Assembly: GCA_030141605.1 (NCBI GenBank)
Contig: JAQGDQ010001827.1
Span: 1-23,998, forward strand
Origin: Tubiluchus corallicola
Lineage: Eukaryota; Animalia; Priapulida
Direction: 5' to 3'
DNA length: 23,998 nt
Position 1 is the stretch's first letter. Every line of letters begins with the position of its first letter. A program made the position numbers and the translations under genes. Under the pieces are notes generated by a model. The model made no database searches and was not told the DNA's origin. It was given only the letters and a program-made list of their open reading frames with translations. Shown piece by piece: positions 23,571-23,998 of the stretch.

Positions 23571-23998
23571 AGTAGAAAGGTACAGGGTGTCCCCTAGCGA
23601 TTTGCAGTTTGAGAAAGATAGCGCAGCGGTTAGAAAAGGAATAGGTTGTTTGGGATTCCCTCTGCACTGTAAATTTTTGATTTTTGTGAGAGTTTAGCTG
23701 CTTATTGATGATTAATTACGTGCTAACTATTTAATAGTAAACAACCAAAAAATCAATAATCATAGTTAGGCGCTTTTTAAACTCATTGTAAGTTACTCTA
23801 CAGTTTACAGAATGATTGAACCTGTTGGCTAGGTTGAGTGGATTTTGACAAAATGTGCAGTTTAACATCTCAAAGTAAGGCAACGATAACATAAGTACAT
23901 TGTACGCTCTAATAGAAAACCGAATGATTGTGTAAACATTAGTTTAGAATAAAGAGTGCACATTATTTTAACGGTGCAGCGCCTGTTATCGGATACGA

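Overview
AT-rich, repeat-dense eukaryotic (animal, probably invertebrate) genomic DNA; not prokaryotic, and no rRNA, tRNA or CRISPR seen. In order: a 106-bp satellite (1-3999) running into an LTR-like R/U5 end (4000-4252); three same-orientation copies of one hAT-type MITE, two of them inside a minus-strand class A peptide-type GPCR pseudogene (8905..6626, 383 codons once the inserts are removed, one in-frame TAA); many other MITEs (hAT, Tc1/mariner, piggyBac-like, Kolobok-like); a second LTR-like copy holding a 29-bp minisatellite; a LINE 3' fragment; the promoter and first two coding exons of a plus-strand ITIH-like (VIT-domain) gene; and an internally deleted RTE element that starts exactly at the cleavage site of a twister ribozyme. 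Most interesting: (i) the MITE family whose insertions all form seamless GT...AG units on the + strand (introner-like), (ii) the twister-headed bipartite RTE, (iii) one LTR-like family associated with two different tandem arrays. Most ORFs in the supplied track are artefacts of tandem repeats. All alignments were done by eye.
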